From NCBI GenBank assembly GCA_017533005.1, contig JAFXIQ010000003.1, positions 1 through 58,561 of the forward strand: a stretch of 58,561 bases of DNA, in the 5' to 3' direction. This stretch comes from Clostridia bacterium. Its GTDB lineage: Bacteria > Bacillota > Clostridia > Christensenellales > DTU072. A model generated the notes under the pieces. That model had not been told where the DNA came from and ran no database searches. It was given only the letters and a program-made list of their open reading frames with translations. Made by a program: the position numbers and the translations under genes. Below are positions 39,741 through 49,981 of the stretch, in pieces (position 1 is the stretch's first letter; each line of letters begins with the position of its first letter).

Positions 39741-40649
39741 ATGCCAATAGTAATACCCAAGGCAATTCCTGCTTTTTCGACCTTAAAAAAAGAGAACGTC
39801 TTCGTAATGGCGAAGAAACGTGCGGAAGCGCAGGATATAAGACCGATTGAAATCGCAATCGTAAACTTAATGCCTACCAAAATAGAAACCGAAACGCAAC
39901 TCATTCGTTTGCTTGCCAACACTCCGTTACAAGTTAATTTGACGCTTGTAAGAACCGCAAGCTATAAAGGCACAAACGTATCGGGCGACCACTTAGAGAG
40001 ATTCTATAAGACTTTTGACGAAATCAAAGACAACCGTTTTGACGGAATGATTATAACGGGGGCTCCGGTAGAAACTCTTGACTATGGCGACGTCCTTTAT
40101 TGGGATGAGCTAAAAGAGATAATGGACTTTGCCGATAAAAAGGTAACGTCTACAATCTACATTTGTTGGGGAGCGCAAGCCGCGCTTTACCATTACTTTG
40201 GAATAGGCAAAAATCCACTTCCCGAGAAATTATTCGGTGTATTCAAGAACCACGCCGTAACGCAATTCGACCCACTCTTGAAGGGCTTGAACGACACTTT
40301 TTCAATACCCCATTCAAGACACACTTCTATTGACGAAAAGGCTGTTCGCGAGAACAAGAAGCTCGTTGTCGTCGCAGAAGGTAAAGAATGTGGATTGAGT
40401 ATCGTTAAGACCAAGGATGATAGGAAGTTCTTCTTCTTCGGACACTCCGAGTACGATAGAGAAACTTTGAAGACGGAATATTTAAGAGATAAGGATAAAG
40501 GGCTCCGTATCGCTCCGCCCAAGAATTATTTCATTGACGGGGATATCAATCGCATCAATATGAGTTGGAATAGCACGGGAAATCTTTTGTTTTATAACTG
40601 GCTCAATTACTACGTATATCAAGTAACCCCTTATAGCTTGGAGGACTAA
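39741..40649 (+). CDS. metA: Homoserine O-acyltransferase, probably acetyltransferase (MetAA)
   Basis: NLMPTK, ICWGAQA, PHSRHT, GHSEY. The Glu in GAPVE is the residue associated with acetyl-CoA specificity. Confidence 0.93.
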   Translation: MPIVIPKAIPAFSTLKKENVFVMAKKRAEAQDIRPIEIAIVNLMPTKIETETQLIRLLANTPLQVNLTLVRTASYKGTNVSGDHLERFYKTFDEIKDNRFDGMIITGAPVETLDYGDVLYWDELKEIMDFADKKVTSTIYICWGAQAALYHYFGIGKNPLPEKLFGVFKNHAVTQFDPLLKGLNDTFSIPHSRHTSIDEKAVRENKKLVVVAEGKECGLSIVKTKDDRKFFFFGHSEYDRETLKTEYLRDKDKGLRIAPPKNYFIDGDINRINMSWNSTGNLLFYNWLNYYVYQVTPYSLED

Positions 40650-41740
40650 TGTTTGTTAAAAGAATAGTCGTCAATAATTTTCTCTCGTACGACCACGCCG
40701 ATGTGACTTTCGGCGAGGCTCTTAATATTATAACGGGAGCGAATGCTAGTGGCAAGACTAATCTTATAGACGGCATATACTTTGCTTCGGTAGGTCGTTC
40801 TTCAAGGCATAACCGAGACAAGGAACTCATTAAATGGGAAACCGAAAAAGGTGCAAGAGTAACCCTTTTGGTGCAAAAGAAGTTTTCTAGGCACACAATA
40901 GACATTTACATAGACCCACAAGGAAAGAAGAGAATAGCCGTTGACAACATTCCCATTCAAAGAATGGGCGAGCTTATGGGCGTGCTTAACGTAGTGTTCT
41001 TTTCTCCTACGGAAATGCGCCTTGTAAAAGACGGTCCCTCGGATAGAAGAAGGTTTTTAGACATAAGCTTGTGTCAGCAAAGCAAGACCTATTTTTACAC
41101 ACTACAAAGGTATAATAGTTTGCTTGCACAAAGGAACAAAATCTTAAAAGATTATCGTGGCCGTCCTACGCTACGCGATATGCTTAACGTAGTCGACGCG
41201 GACTTCATAAGATGTGCGACCTTCATAATTCAAGAGAGAAAGAAGTACGTAGAAGCCATTACGCCGTATGCGCAAAGGGAACACGCCAAGCTAACTGCAG
41301 GTAAGGAAGAACTTAATTTGCAATATGAAACCGAGCCCGTGGACTTTAACGATATCGCGGGTTCACTTCGTAGGCTTTTGAACGAAGCGTTTACTGCAGA
41401 CGCTAGACTAGAATACTCTACGGTGGGACCACACCGTGACGACTTAAAAATCACGTCTGGGGACGTTGACGTAAGAAGATTCGGCTCGCAAGGACAGCAA
41501 CGTTCGGCTGTGTTATCCTTGAAGCTTGCAGAGATTGCATCTTTTAAGGCAAGAACGGGAGAAACGCCGGTATTACTACTTGACGACGTGTTGTCGGAGC
41601 TTGACGCAGATAGGCAAAAGGCACTTTTCGATGCAGTTAAGGGAATGCAAACCATTATAACCTGCACGGAAACCGACCAAAGCAAAGAAACAGCTACAAT
41701 TTTTGAAATTAAAGATAGGCAAGTCAAAAGGATAGACTAA
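40649..41740 (+). CDS. recF: DNA replication/repair protein RecF
   Basis: GANASGKTN, GPSDRRRFLD, GPHRDDL, GSQGQQRS, LLLDDVLSELD. Confidence 0.95.
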   Translation: MFVKRIVVNNFLSYDHADVTFGEALNIITGANASGKTNLIDGIYFASVGRSSRHNRDKELIKWETEKGARVTLLVQKKFSRHTIDIYIDPQGKKRIAVDNIPIQRMGELMGVLNVVFFSPTEMRLVKDGPSDRRRFLDISLCQQSKTYFYTLQRYNSLLAQRNKILKDYRGRPTLRDMLNVVDADFIRCATFIIQERKKYVEAITPYAQREHAKLTAGKEELNLQYETEPVDFNDIAGSLRRLLNEAFTADARLEYSTVGPHRDDLKITSGDVDVRRFGSQGQQRSAVLSLKLAEIASFKARTGETPVLLLDDVLSELDADRQKALFDAVKGMQTIITCTETDQSKETATIFEIKDRQVKRID

Positions 41741-43464
41741 TGGAAATCAAGAACGAGAAAAAAGAGTTAATCGCATCATTTATAAATATTGAAGGCGTTA
41801 CGCAAGAAGAGATTTACGCACTAATTACCGTTCCACAAGACAGTGAAATGGGTGATTTTGCTTTACCTTGCTTCCGTTTTGCTAAGGCGCTTCGCAAGGC
41901 TCCCGTTATGATAGCTCAAGAATTGAGAGATGCTATACTCGTAAAAGACCATCCTTTCACGGCGGTCGAGGCAGTTAACGGCTACCTAAATTTCAAGTTC
42001 AACAAGCTAGAAAAGGCGAAAAAGACCTTGAACGCAGTGCTTTCTATGGGTACAGATTACGGCACGTCGCAAGAAGGTAAAGGCAAAACCGTTTGTATCG
42101 ACTACAGTTCTATCAATATCGCTAAACCTTTCCATATCGGACACCTTTCCACAACGGTTATCGGTGGTGCGCTATATCGTATGTACAAGAAACTCGGCTA
42201 CAACGCCGTAGGAATCAATCACTTGGGCGATTGGGGCACGCAATTCGGCAAGCTCATCGTTGCATTCAAAAAGTGGGGCGATAGAGAAGATTTAGAAAGT
42301 CGTGGCATCTATGCTTTGAACGAAATCTACGTTAAATTCCATCAGGAAGCAGAAAAAGACCCCACGTTAGATGATTTAGCAAGGAAATATTTCAAATTAA
42401 TAGAAGACGGCGATAAAGAAGCTCTTGATTTGTTCTATTGGTTCAAGGAAATCACCCTTCGTGAAGTAAAAAAGATTTACGAACGTCTTGACATTAACTT
42501 CGATTCCTATAACGGAGAAGCTTTCTACAACGATAAAATGACGCCCGTTCTTGAAGAACTCAAAGAGAAAGGTTTAACAACCATTTCGGACGGTGCAGAA
42601 ATCGTTGATTTAGCAGAATACGGTATGTCACCTTGCTTATTAGTAAAGGCAGACGGCGCAACGCTATACGCGACTCGTGACTTAGCCGCAGCGTTTTATA
42701 GAAAGCACACTTACGACTTTTGGAAGTGCCTATATGTAGTCGCATACCAACAAAACTTGCACTTCAAACAAGTTTTCAAGGTGCTAGAGCTTATGGGCAA
42801 AGATTGGGCGAAAGACCTAGTTCACGTTCCATTCGGTATGGTTTCGCTAGAAGACGGCACTATGTCTACGAGAAAGGGCAAGGTCGTTTGGTTAGAAGAC
42901 GTTCTCAATAAATCGGTAGAAAAGAGTCTAGAAATCATTTCCAAGAAGAATGAAACGCTCGCGAACAAAGAAGCAGTTGCAGAAATGGTAGGTACGGGCG
43001 CAGTAGTTTTCTTTGCGCTATCTAACAGCAGAATTAAGGATATCGTGTTCGGTTACGACAAGGTTTTGAACTTTGACGGAGAAACCGGCCCTTATTGCCA
43101 ATACACTAACGCACGTTGCAATAGTGTTTTGAGGAAGCTCGGTAACGTCGAAGAATACTTAAAAGAACCTTTGACCGATGAAGAACTCGCGGGTATTGAC
43201 AACAAAGAGAGCGACGCACTTATTACGTTGATATCTAATTTCGGTAGCGTATTGAATGATGCAGTTGCAAGATACGAGCCAAGCATCGTCACGAGATACG
43301 TAGTGGACGTAGCGCAATCATTCAACAAATTTTATTTAGAAAATCGTATTTTGAACGCAGACGAGAGCCAAAAGAGAGCGAGAGTAGCGCTTGTTTACGC
43401 AACCCACGTAGTACTTAAAGAAGGCTTAAGATTGATAGGCGTACAAACCCCCGAGGAAATGTAA
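41740..43464 (+). CDS. argS: Arginine--tRNA ligase
   Basis: DYSSINIAKPFHIGHL, NHLGDWGTQFG, MSTRKG, GETGPYCQY. Confidence 0.96.
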   Translation: MEIKNEKKELIASFINIEGVTQEEIYALITVPQDSEMGDFALPCFRFAKALRKAPVMIAQELRDAILVKDHPFTAVEAVNGYLNFKFNKLEKAKKTLNAVLSMGTDYGTSQEGKGKTVCIDYSSINIAKPFHIGHLSTTVIGGALYRMYKKLGYNAVGINHLGDWGTQFGKLIVAFKKWGDREDLESRGIYALNEIYVKFHQEAEKDPTLDDLARKYFKLIEDGDKEALDLFYWFKEITLREVKKIYERLDINFDSYNGEAFYNDKMTPVLEELKEKGLTTISDGAEIVDLAEYGMSPCLLVKADGATLYATRDLAAAFYRKHTYDFWKCLYVVAYQQNLHFKQVFKVLELMGKDWAKDLVHVPFGMVSLEDGTMSTRKGKVVWLEDVLNKSVEKSLEIISKKNETLANKEAVAEMVGTGAVVFFALSNSRIKDIVFGYDKVLNFDGETGPYCQYTNARCNSVLRKLGNVEEYLKEPLTDEELAGIDNKESDALITLISNFGSVLNDAVARYEPSIVTRYVVDVAQSFNKFYLENRILNADESQKRARVALVYATHVVLKEGLRLIGVQTPEEM

Positions 43465-44273
43465 TGATAGATAGCCATTCTCATTCAAAATTTTCGCACG
43501 ATGGCAGAGTTTCTATAGAGAAACTTATTGCGCGTGCAGAAGAAATGGGAATGAATTACTATGCCGTTACGGAGCATTTAGATAGGGATTATAAGTTCGC
43601 TAAACGCGAACGCTTTATTCGCCAACTAAACCTAAAAAGATACTTGCGAAAGGTAGAAAAAATTCGCTCGCAAAGAGATGGGAACGAAAAAACTTATGTA
43701 GCTTTTGGCGTAGAAGCAGGATATTGCCCGAAATCTGCCCCTATATACGAGCGTGAGCTTGCAGGTTTAGATTTAGACGTTGTGATAAATTCCATACATA
43801 CCATTGATGGTGGTGACGTTTATTTCAAGGATTGGTTTAACGGTAAAGAGCAAGATTACATATATAATAGGTATTTAGATTTAATAATAGAGAGTCTTGA
43901 CGTCAATTATCATTACGATATCGTGGCGCATATAGGTTACGTAACACGTTACGCTCCCTATGAAAACGTCAGCTTAATGCAAGATAAATATCTAGAAAAA
44001 ATCGATATTATTCTCAAAAAAATCATAGAGAAAGATAAAACCATAGAAATAAACACGCACATTAAGGACGAAAAACTCGGCTTTCTTCCGGAAATACCCC
44101 TTCTTAAACGTTACTATGAATTAGGTGGAAGAAATATAACTTTCAGCTCGGATACTCATAGACTTGATACTATGGGCTTTAGATACGATAGGGTGGTAAA
44201 AGTCGCCAAAGAAATAGGGTTTACTCATTTCGTAACGTATAGAAAACATCAAAAAGTAATAGAAGAATTCTAA
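43464..44273 (+). CDS. PHP-family (HisJ-type) histidinol phosphatase
   Basis: DSHSHSKFSHD, TEH, GVEAG, SIH, AHIGY, EINT, SSDTH. Confidence 0.85.
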   Translation: MIDSHSHSKFSHDGRVSIEKLIARAEEMGMNYYAVTEHLDRDYKFAKRERFIRQLNLKRYLRKVEKIRSQRDGNEKTYVAFGVEAGYCPKSAPIYERELAGLDLDVVINSIHTIDGGDVYFKDWFNGKEQDYIYNRYLDLIIESLDVNYHYDIVAHIGYVTRYAPYENVSLMQDKYLEKIDIILKKIIEKDKTIEINTHIKDEKLGFLPEIPLLKRYYELGGRNITFSSDTHRLDTMGFRYDRVVKVAKEIGFTHFVTYRKHQKVIEEF

Positions 44274-44279
44274 TAAAAT

Positions 44280-44305
44280 AAGGCAACTCTCGAGAGTTGC
44301 CTTTT
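44280..44305. terminator. Bidirectional terminator
   Basis: AAGGCAACTCTCGAGAGTTGCCTT followed by T's. Confidence 0.75.
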
Positions 44306-44331
44306 AGTTTATGAAATTTTAGTTAGCTTAA

Positions 44332-44853
44332 TTATTCCGAATAGCCTTTACCTAACACGTTTTCTAGCAAAGAAGCATACTCTTGGAAGTCGGGAATAGG
44401 GGAGTCGTTTTTGTTATAGATAAGTTCCATTCTTTCATTGTAGATACACATTTGTATGCCTGTAGAAATGAATCCGTTTCGATCGTAGAAGCGCTTCCTT
44501 CTAATTCGCATTTCTTCGTTTTGGGCGCCCAATCCTACGCTTTCTATTTCCAAAACTATACGTTTATCGCAATAGGTATCTTTTAGAACTTCTAGAGATT
44601 TTTTGCCGTAACCTTTATTTCTTGCCGTTTCTTTTATAGCAAAATAATCTACCAGAACTAGGTTATGGTCTTTGAGAATTATAAAGAAGCCAAGGTTTTC
44701 TTCACCACTTTGTATAGCCAAAAAATCGCACTTATTTTTTCTCATTAAATGGTTTATAATACAAATAGGCTTTCTCTCGTTTTTCGGGAAAGCCTTTTTA
44801 TATAAGTCGATTAGTGAGCGTTCAAAGCGTGGGATTTTTTTAAGAGTTATCAT
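44332..44853 (-). CDS. GNAT family N-acetyltransferase
   Basis: AFPKNERKP, DYFAI...RNKGYG, RRKRFYDRNGF. Confidence 0.85.
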   Translation of the reverse strand: MITLKKIPRFERSLIDLYKKAFPKNERKPICIINHLMRKNKCDFLAIQSGEENLGFFIILKDHNLVLVDYFAIKETARNKGYGKKSLEVLKDTYCDKRIVLEIESVGLGAQNEEMRIRRKRFYDRNGFISTGIQMCIYNERMELIYNKNDSPIPDFQEYASLLENVLGKGYSE

Positions 44854-45461
44854 TTTGTAAATAGTCCTACGAGCATATCTATAAGCAACGCACGCATATT
44901 ATCGTAGTCGATATAAGGGTGTTTGTCGTAGATATATTCGTGAGCAAAACTTTGCACCAAGTTTATTGCAATGTGCACTTTTTCGGGGAGCGAGTTGCCG
45001 GTATAGCCGGCTTTTTCTAGGCTTTTTGCGATAGTCTCCGCCATATTATCTTCTAGGGATAGGAATTTTTCGTTGACTTCTTTATCGCTAGACGTCATAG
45101 AGTGTAGCGCTTCGTGAATTTCCGCATTCGATTTGTGTGTGTCGACGGCGAACTCAATAACGCGAGGAATAATGGAGTGGAAATCAAGCGGGGTGGGTAG
45201 CTCGTTGAAGGTATCAAAAAGAGGCGCTAGTACCTTCGCCATATAAATATCGATAACTTCTACGAGAATGTCCTTTTTGTCACGGAAGTAACCGTACACG
45301 ATACCCGTAGAAACTCCTGCGCGCTTTGCGATTTCGGCGGTGTTGGTTTTGTAATAACCCACTTCCGAGAAAAGCTCGTAGCCTGCGGAAATTATCTTAT
45401 TCTTTTTTTCTATCGAGCGTTCCTGCTTGGGGATACGCACGCCTTTTGCCTTGTTGTCCAT
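44850..45461 (-). CDS. TetR/AcrR family regulator
   Basis: IISAGYELFSEVGY..T.TAEIAKRAGVSTGIVYGYFRDKKDIL. Confidence 0.93.
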   Translation of the reverse strand: MDNKAKGVRIPKQERSIEKKNKIISAGYELFSEVGYYKTNTAEIAKRAGVSTGIVYGYFRDKKDILVEVIDIYMAKVLAPLFDTFNELPTPLDFHSIIPRVIEFAVDTHKSNAEIHEALHSMTSSDKEVNEKFLSLEDNMAETIAKSLEKAGYTGNSLPEKVHIAINLVQSFAHEYIYDKHPYIDYDNMRALLIDMLVGLFTK

Positions 45462-45549
45462 ACGGACATTATAACATATGTAGAAACTAAAATAAAGGTT
45501 TATTTTTAAAAATCGAACAAAATGTTACGCGCGCACGCAAAAGAATGTA

Positions 45550-45639
45550 AAAATGCGAAAAAACTTTCACGTTTTACTTGACACGTCATATATATAATGA
45601 TATAATAACTGCGAAAATATGAAATATATTTCACATTAT
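45550..45639 (+). promoter_or_regulatory. feoAB promoter flanked by two 26-bp inverted-repeat operators
   Basis: TTGACA(45578)-17bp-TATAAT(45601); AAAATGCGAAA-AAAC-TTTCACGTTTT (45550) and AAAATATGAAA-TATA-TTTCACATTAT (45614). Confidence 0.65.
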
Positions 45640-45652
45640 TTGAGGAGCGAGT

Positions 45653-45928
45653 ATGATATTCAAAAAAGGTAGCAAAAAAGCTATTCGAAGCAACCTAGAA
45701 AAGAAGCTTTCCGAGTTTGAAATAGGCGAGAGGGGCATAGTGAAAATGGTAAATGGCGAAGGCAGGATAAGACGTCGCCTATTTGACATGGGAATCACTC
45801 CCGGAACGGAGATATATTTAAGGAAAAAAACGCCTTTAGGCGACCCTATGGAAGTAATGCTAAGGGGATATGAGTTGACGTTGAGAAAGAACGAAGCTGA
45901 AACTGTAGAAATGGAGATGATAAGATGA
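45653..45928 (+). CDS. feoA: Ferrous iron transport protein A
   Basis: RRRLFDMGITPG, PLGDP, RGYELTLRK.EA. Confidence 0.92.
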   Translation: MIFKKGSKKAIRSNLEKKLSEFEIGERGIVKMVNGEGRIRRRLFDMGITPGTEIYLRKKTPLGDPMEVMLRGYELTLRKNEAETVEMEMIR

Positions 45929-48351
45929 AGAAATTTGCTTTAGCAGGAAATCCTAACTCAGGGAAGACCACTTTATTTAATAGTTTGACGGGCTCGACTG
46001 CACACGTTGGCAACTGGCCGGGGGTTACCGTTGACAAGAAGGAAGGAACGTACAAAAAGCTTCCCGAGCCCATTACGCTTGTGGACTTACCGGGTATATA
46101 TTCATTATCGCCGTACACTCCGGAAGAAGTAGTTTCGCGCAACTTTTTACTTGACGAGTTCCCTGATTGTATTATCAATATCGTAGATGCGACCAACTTA
46201 GAGAGAAACTTATATCTTACCACGCAACTTATGGAAATCGACGTGCCTATTATCGTGGCACTCAATATGATGGATGAAGTCGAGAAGAATGGTGACAAAA
46301 TCGACGTCAAGAAGTTGGAAGAAAAAATGGGTGTGCCCGTAGTGGCTATTTCCGCGTTGCGAGAGAAAGGGCTTGATGAATTGATGGCAAGAGGTTACGA
46401 AACCTGTTTGAAAGGCAGGAAAGCGTCCACTGTACTTGCTTCAACGGAGCTTATGCACCTTATCGGCGACTGCAGAATTGCGCTAGAAGGTCAAGGCGTT
46501 GACAACGCGTTATTCCACGCTGTTAAACTTGTTGAGCTAGATAGCATAGAGAGCGAAATGCACCCTGCTTCCGTTAAGATGGTAGAAGAGTTTAAGAAGG
46601 TTTATAACGATGAAATCTTTGGTAGCGACTTCGAAGCGATTATTGCCGACGCCAGATATAAATACATAACTAAGCATTACTCTATTGCCTGTGAAAAGCA
46701 TAGACGTGCGAGTGGCGAGAGCAAGTCCGACAAGATAGATAAAGTACTCACGCACAAGGTATGGGGTATTCCTATTTTCTTAGTAATTATGTTCTTTATA
46801 TTCCACTTTACGTTTTCAGAAGACCTATTTTTCTTGGGGGCTTTCGGCGTTTTTGATAACGTAGAGATGACGGTTATCGAACAAACCATAAGTGGCAATG
46901 CAATCGAAGAATATCTAAGTGGGGTAACCGTAAATTCATTTTTCGGATACGAAACTGGCGTTTATTCAATAGGTGTAATTCTTTTCAACGCAGTTGATAT
47001 TTTAACGGGGCTTATTTCTACTTCGGTAGAAGTCGCTATGACAAACGCTCCCGTATGGCTAACGGGGCTATTGATTGACGGCGTGTTAGGTGGCTTATTC
47101 TCGGTGCTATCGTTCTTACCACAAATCATAGTATTGTTTATGTTCTTCTCAATTCTAGAAGACAGTGGTTACATGGCGAGAGTGGCGTTTATACTTGACA
47201 GGCTATTCAAGAAGTTTGGTTTGTCTGGTAGAGCTTTTATGCCTATGATTATGGGATTTGGCTGTTCTGTTCCCGCTATGGTAAACACTAGAACGCTTGC
47301 CGACCAGAACGAAAGAACGGCAACCATAAGGGTAATACCTTTCTTTAGCTGTGGAGCAAAGCTTCCTATTTTGACGGCTATTTCAGGTGGTATCGTTCAA
47401 CTATTTGGAGTAGGTAACGCAGACATAATAACTTACGGCATGTATGTCATAGGCATAGCAACGGCGATAATTTCGGTAATACTTATGCGTAAGACAACAA
47501 TGAAAGGCGAAGTCCCCCCGTTTATTATGGAGCTACCCGCGTATAGACTTCCACAACTTAAGAGCTTACTTTTACATCTATGGGATAAAGCTAAGCACTT
47601 CATTGAGAAAGCCTTCACTATTATTCTCGCTTCAACCGTTATTATATGGTTTATAAGCCATTTCTCTTGGTTTTGGGAATTTTTACCCGACGAAAGAGTG
47701 AACGAGAGTATTCTTGCCGGCATAGGTGGATTGGTACAACCTTTGTTTACGCCTTTAGGCTTCGGTAGTCAGTTGAGTAGTTCAGGCTGGGTATTCGTGG
47801 TGGCAGTCGTAACGGGACTTATTGCAAAAGAAAACGTTATTGCAACTTTCGGAACGCTAGGTGCTTGTATAGCAGGCGCTATGATAGACGTAGAAACCGA
47901 CGGTGGCGTTTCGGCGGTCATAGAAATGATTACTGCAACAGGAATAACCGTCCCCGGACTTATCGCATTCATCGCGTTCAATATGACGACTATACCTTGT
48001 ATGGCAGCAGTAGCTACTGCAAAAGCCGAGCTTCCCACTAAAAAAAGCTTCATTATGACGCTAATTTTCTGGGTTGTCGCGTCGTATTTACTCGCAACGA
48101 TGATTTACTTAATTGGTACGTGGTGGTGGACGGTATTCATTTTCTTAGCAGTATGGGCAGTGATAATTCTACTCATAACGTTAGAAAACAAAGGCGTTAC
48201 GAAGATGAAAAAGTTCTTTTCAAAGATTTACGCGCTAATTCCCGATGGCAACAAGAGCACTAAGTCGAGCGCTAAATGTTCAAGTTGCGCGTCGTGCTCG
48301 TACTCATCAACTTGCGCAACGGCAAGAACCAAGAAAAAGGACGGCGAATAA
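45925..48351 (+). CDS. feoB: Ferrous iron transport protein B
   Basis: GNPNSGKT, GNWPGVTV, DLPGIYSL, NMMD, EDSGYMAR, GFGCSVPA; Cys-rich C-terminal tail. Confidence 0.96.
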   Translation: MKKFALAGNPNSGKTTLFNSLTGSTAHVGNWPGVTVDKKEGTYKKLPEPITLVDLPGIYSLSPYTPEEVVSRNFLLDEFPDCIINIVDATNLERNLYLTTQLMEIDVPIIVALNMMDEVEKNGDKIDVKKLEEKMGVPVVAISALREKGLDELMARGYETCLKGRKASTVLASTELMHLIGDCRIALEGQGVDNALFHAVKLVELDSIESEMHPASVKMVEEFKKVYNDEIFGSDFEAIIADARYKYITKHYSIACEKHRRASGESKSDKIDKVLTHKVWGIPIFLVIMFFIFHFTFSEDLFFLGAFGVFDNVEMTVIEQTISGNAIEEYLSGVTVNSFFGYETGVYSIGVILFNAVDILTGLISTSVEVAMTNAPVWLTGLLIDGVLGGLFSVLSFLPQIIVLFMFFSILEDSGYMARVAFILDRLFKKFGLSGRAFMPMIMGFGCSVPAMVNTRTLADQNERTATIRVIPFFSCGAKLPILTAISGGIVQLFGVGNADIITYGMYVIGIATAIISVILMRKTTMKGEVPPFIMELPAYRLPQLKSLLLHLWDKAKHFIEKAFTIILASTVIIWFISHFSWFWEFLPDERVNESILAGIGGLVQPLFTPLGFGSQLSSSGWVFVVAVVTGLIAKENVIATFGTLGACIAGAMIDVETDGGVSAVIEMITATGITVPGLIAFIAFNMTTIPCMAAVATAKAELPTKKSFIMTLIFWVVASYLLATMIYLIGTWWWTVFIFLAVWAVIILLITLENKGVTKMKKFFSKIYALIPDGNKSTKSSAKCSSCASCSYSSTCATARTKKKDGE

Positions 48352-48361
48352 TGCATAAATG

Positions 48362-48393
48362 AAGAAGGCGACGCGTGAACGCGTCGCCTTCTT
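48362..48393 (+). terminator. Stem-loop after feoB
   Basis: AAGAAGGCGACGCGT-GA-ACGCGTCGCCTTCTT. Confidence 0.65.
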
Positions 48394-48432
48394 AAATTGT
48401 CGAATAAATTTTTCCATATTGCATAGCAATAA

Positions 48433-48461
48433 TTGCAAAATGCAAGGGAATTTGTTATAAT
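48433..48461 (+). promoter_or_regulatory. sigmaA promoter of purC
   Basis: TTGCAA-17bp-TATAAT with TG extension. Confidence 0.6.
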
Positions 48462-48505
48462 CTAAACATAGGGCACGCCCATAAACAAAAATTAAGAGGT
48501 TTAGT

Positions 48506-49189
48506 ATGAAAAAACTTTATGCAGGAAAAACTAAAGACGTATATCAACTCGAAAACGGCAACGTTTTGCTTAAGTTCAAAGACGATTGCACCGGCAAAGA
48601 TGGTGTATTTGACCCGGGTGAAAACAGCGTTGGCTTAACCATAGACGGTATCGGTAAAGCTAACCTACAAACGTCCATTTACTATTTCGAAATGCTCAAA
48701 GAAGCTGGAATCAAGACTCACTACGTTTCAGCTAATCTAGAAGACGCTACTATGGAAGTACTTCCTGCAACGGTATTCGGACACGGACTAGAAGTTATAT
48801 GCAGACTAGTTGCAACCGGAAGTTTTATTAGAAGATACGGCGAATATATCAAAGACGGCACCGTTCTAGAAGGTGGTTACGTAGAATGCACGTTTAAGAA
48901 CGACGAAAAGGGCGACCCACTAGTAACGGGAGAAGGCCTACAAGCTCTAGGCGTAATGGACCTCGCTATGTTCGAGAGTATGAAAGCTCAAACACTAAAA
49001 ATCACCAACATTGTAGCAGCTGATTTGAAGTCAATCGGACTAGACCTATGGGATATCAAGTTTGAATTCGGATACAACAACGGCGAAGTTATCCTAATTG
49101 ATGAAATCGCTTCCGGAAATATGCGCGTATACAAAGACGGCGTTATCGTACCTCCGGTAGAACTTACCAAGCTAATCAACAACAGATAA
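48506..49189 (+). CDS. purC: SAICAR synthetase
   Basis: [37 protein letters not shown]. Confidence 0.9.
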   Translation: MKKLYAGKTKDVYQLENGNVLLKFKDDCTGKDGVFDPGENSVGLTIDGIGKANLQTSIYYFEMLKEAGIKTHYVSANLEDATMEVLPATVFGHGLEVICRLVATGSFIRRYGEYIKDGTVLEGGYVECTFKNDEKGDPLVTGEGLQALGVMDLAMFESMKAQTLKITNIVAADLKSIGLDLWDIKFEFGYNNGEVILIDEIASGNMRVYKDGVIVPPVELTKLINNR

Positions 49190-49201
49190 TTAAAAAGAAA
49201 G

Positions 49202-49229
49202 AAAACTCGACTTACAAGTCGAGTTTTTT
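49202..49229 (+). terminator. Intrinsic terminator
   Basis: AAAACTCGACT-TACA-AGTCGAGTTTT. Confidence 0.75.
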
Positions 49230-49269
49230 ACTTTAAACGCAATAAACAATGTTATTTTCGAGGTAAAAA

Positions 49270-49971
49270 ATGAAACCGTATATAGTTTTACATATGCTGA
49301 TTTCCATTGATGGGAAAATAACGGGTGGATATATGAATACCGATGTGGCAAGCGCGCTTTGTGAAGAATATTATCGTATAAATCGTGAGTATAAAGCCGA
49401 TGCATTTGCCTGTGGAAGAATTACCATGGAAGGAAGCTTTACGCAAGGCGTTAAACCCGATTTAACTTCCTACGAAGGCGTTAGATTTCCACGAGAAGAT
49501 TATATTGCTAAACAACACGGCTATTACGCAGTATCAATAGACCCCCACGGAAGATTGGGTTGGTATGGTAGCGAAATTAAAGATGAAGACCCAGGCTACG
49601 ACGACGCGCATATAATCGAAGTATTAACGGATGATATACAAGAAGAGTATTTAGCGTTTTTGAGGGATAAAGGCATATCGTATATCTTTTGTGGGAAAGA
49701 GAAAATCGACGTCAAATTAATGAACGAGAAACTCGTTAAGTTCTTTGGAATTAAAAAGTTGATGTTAGAAGGTGGTGGCCTTACAGACAGCTTATTTTTA
49801 GACGCCGATTGCATTGACGAAATGAGTTTAGTCGTCGTACCGTTGATTGACGTGGATAAGGACGGAATTGATTTATTCGCGGGAAAGAGTTGTAACGTGC
49901 AAGAATACGCCCTTAAGTCTTGCGAAAAACTTACGGCGAATGGATTGTGGTTAAACTACGTTAAGAAGTAA
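49270..49971 (+). CDS. RibD C-terminal/DHFR-like reductase
   Basis: KPYIVLHM..SIDGKI, CGRITM, LMLEGGG, IDEMSLVVVP. Confidence 0.85.
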   Translation: MKPYIVLHMLISIDGKITGGYMNTDVASALCEEYYRINREYKADAFACGRITMEGSFTQGVKPDLTSYEGVRFPREDYIAKQHGYYAVSIDPHGRLGWYGSEIKDEDPGYDDAHIIEVLTDDIQEEYLAFLRDKGISYIFCGKEKIDVKLMNEKLVKFFGIKKLMLEGGGLTDSLFLDADCIDEMSLVVVPLIDVDKDGIDLFAGKSCNVQEYALKSCEKLTANGLWLNYVKK

Positions 49972-49981
49972 ATAAAATAAA

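Noticed and set aside
45590-45610. Fur box at the feoAB promoter
   Set aside because: ATAATGATATAATAAC is only a partial match and coincides with the -10 element.
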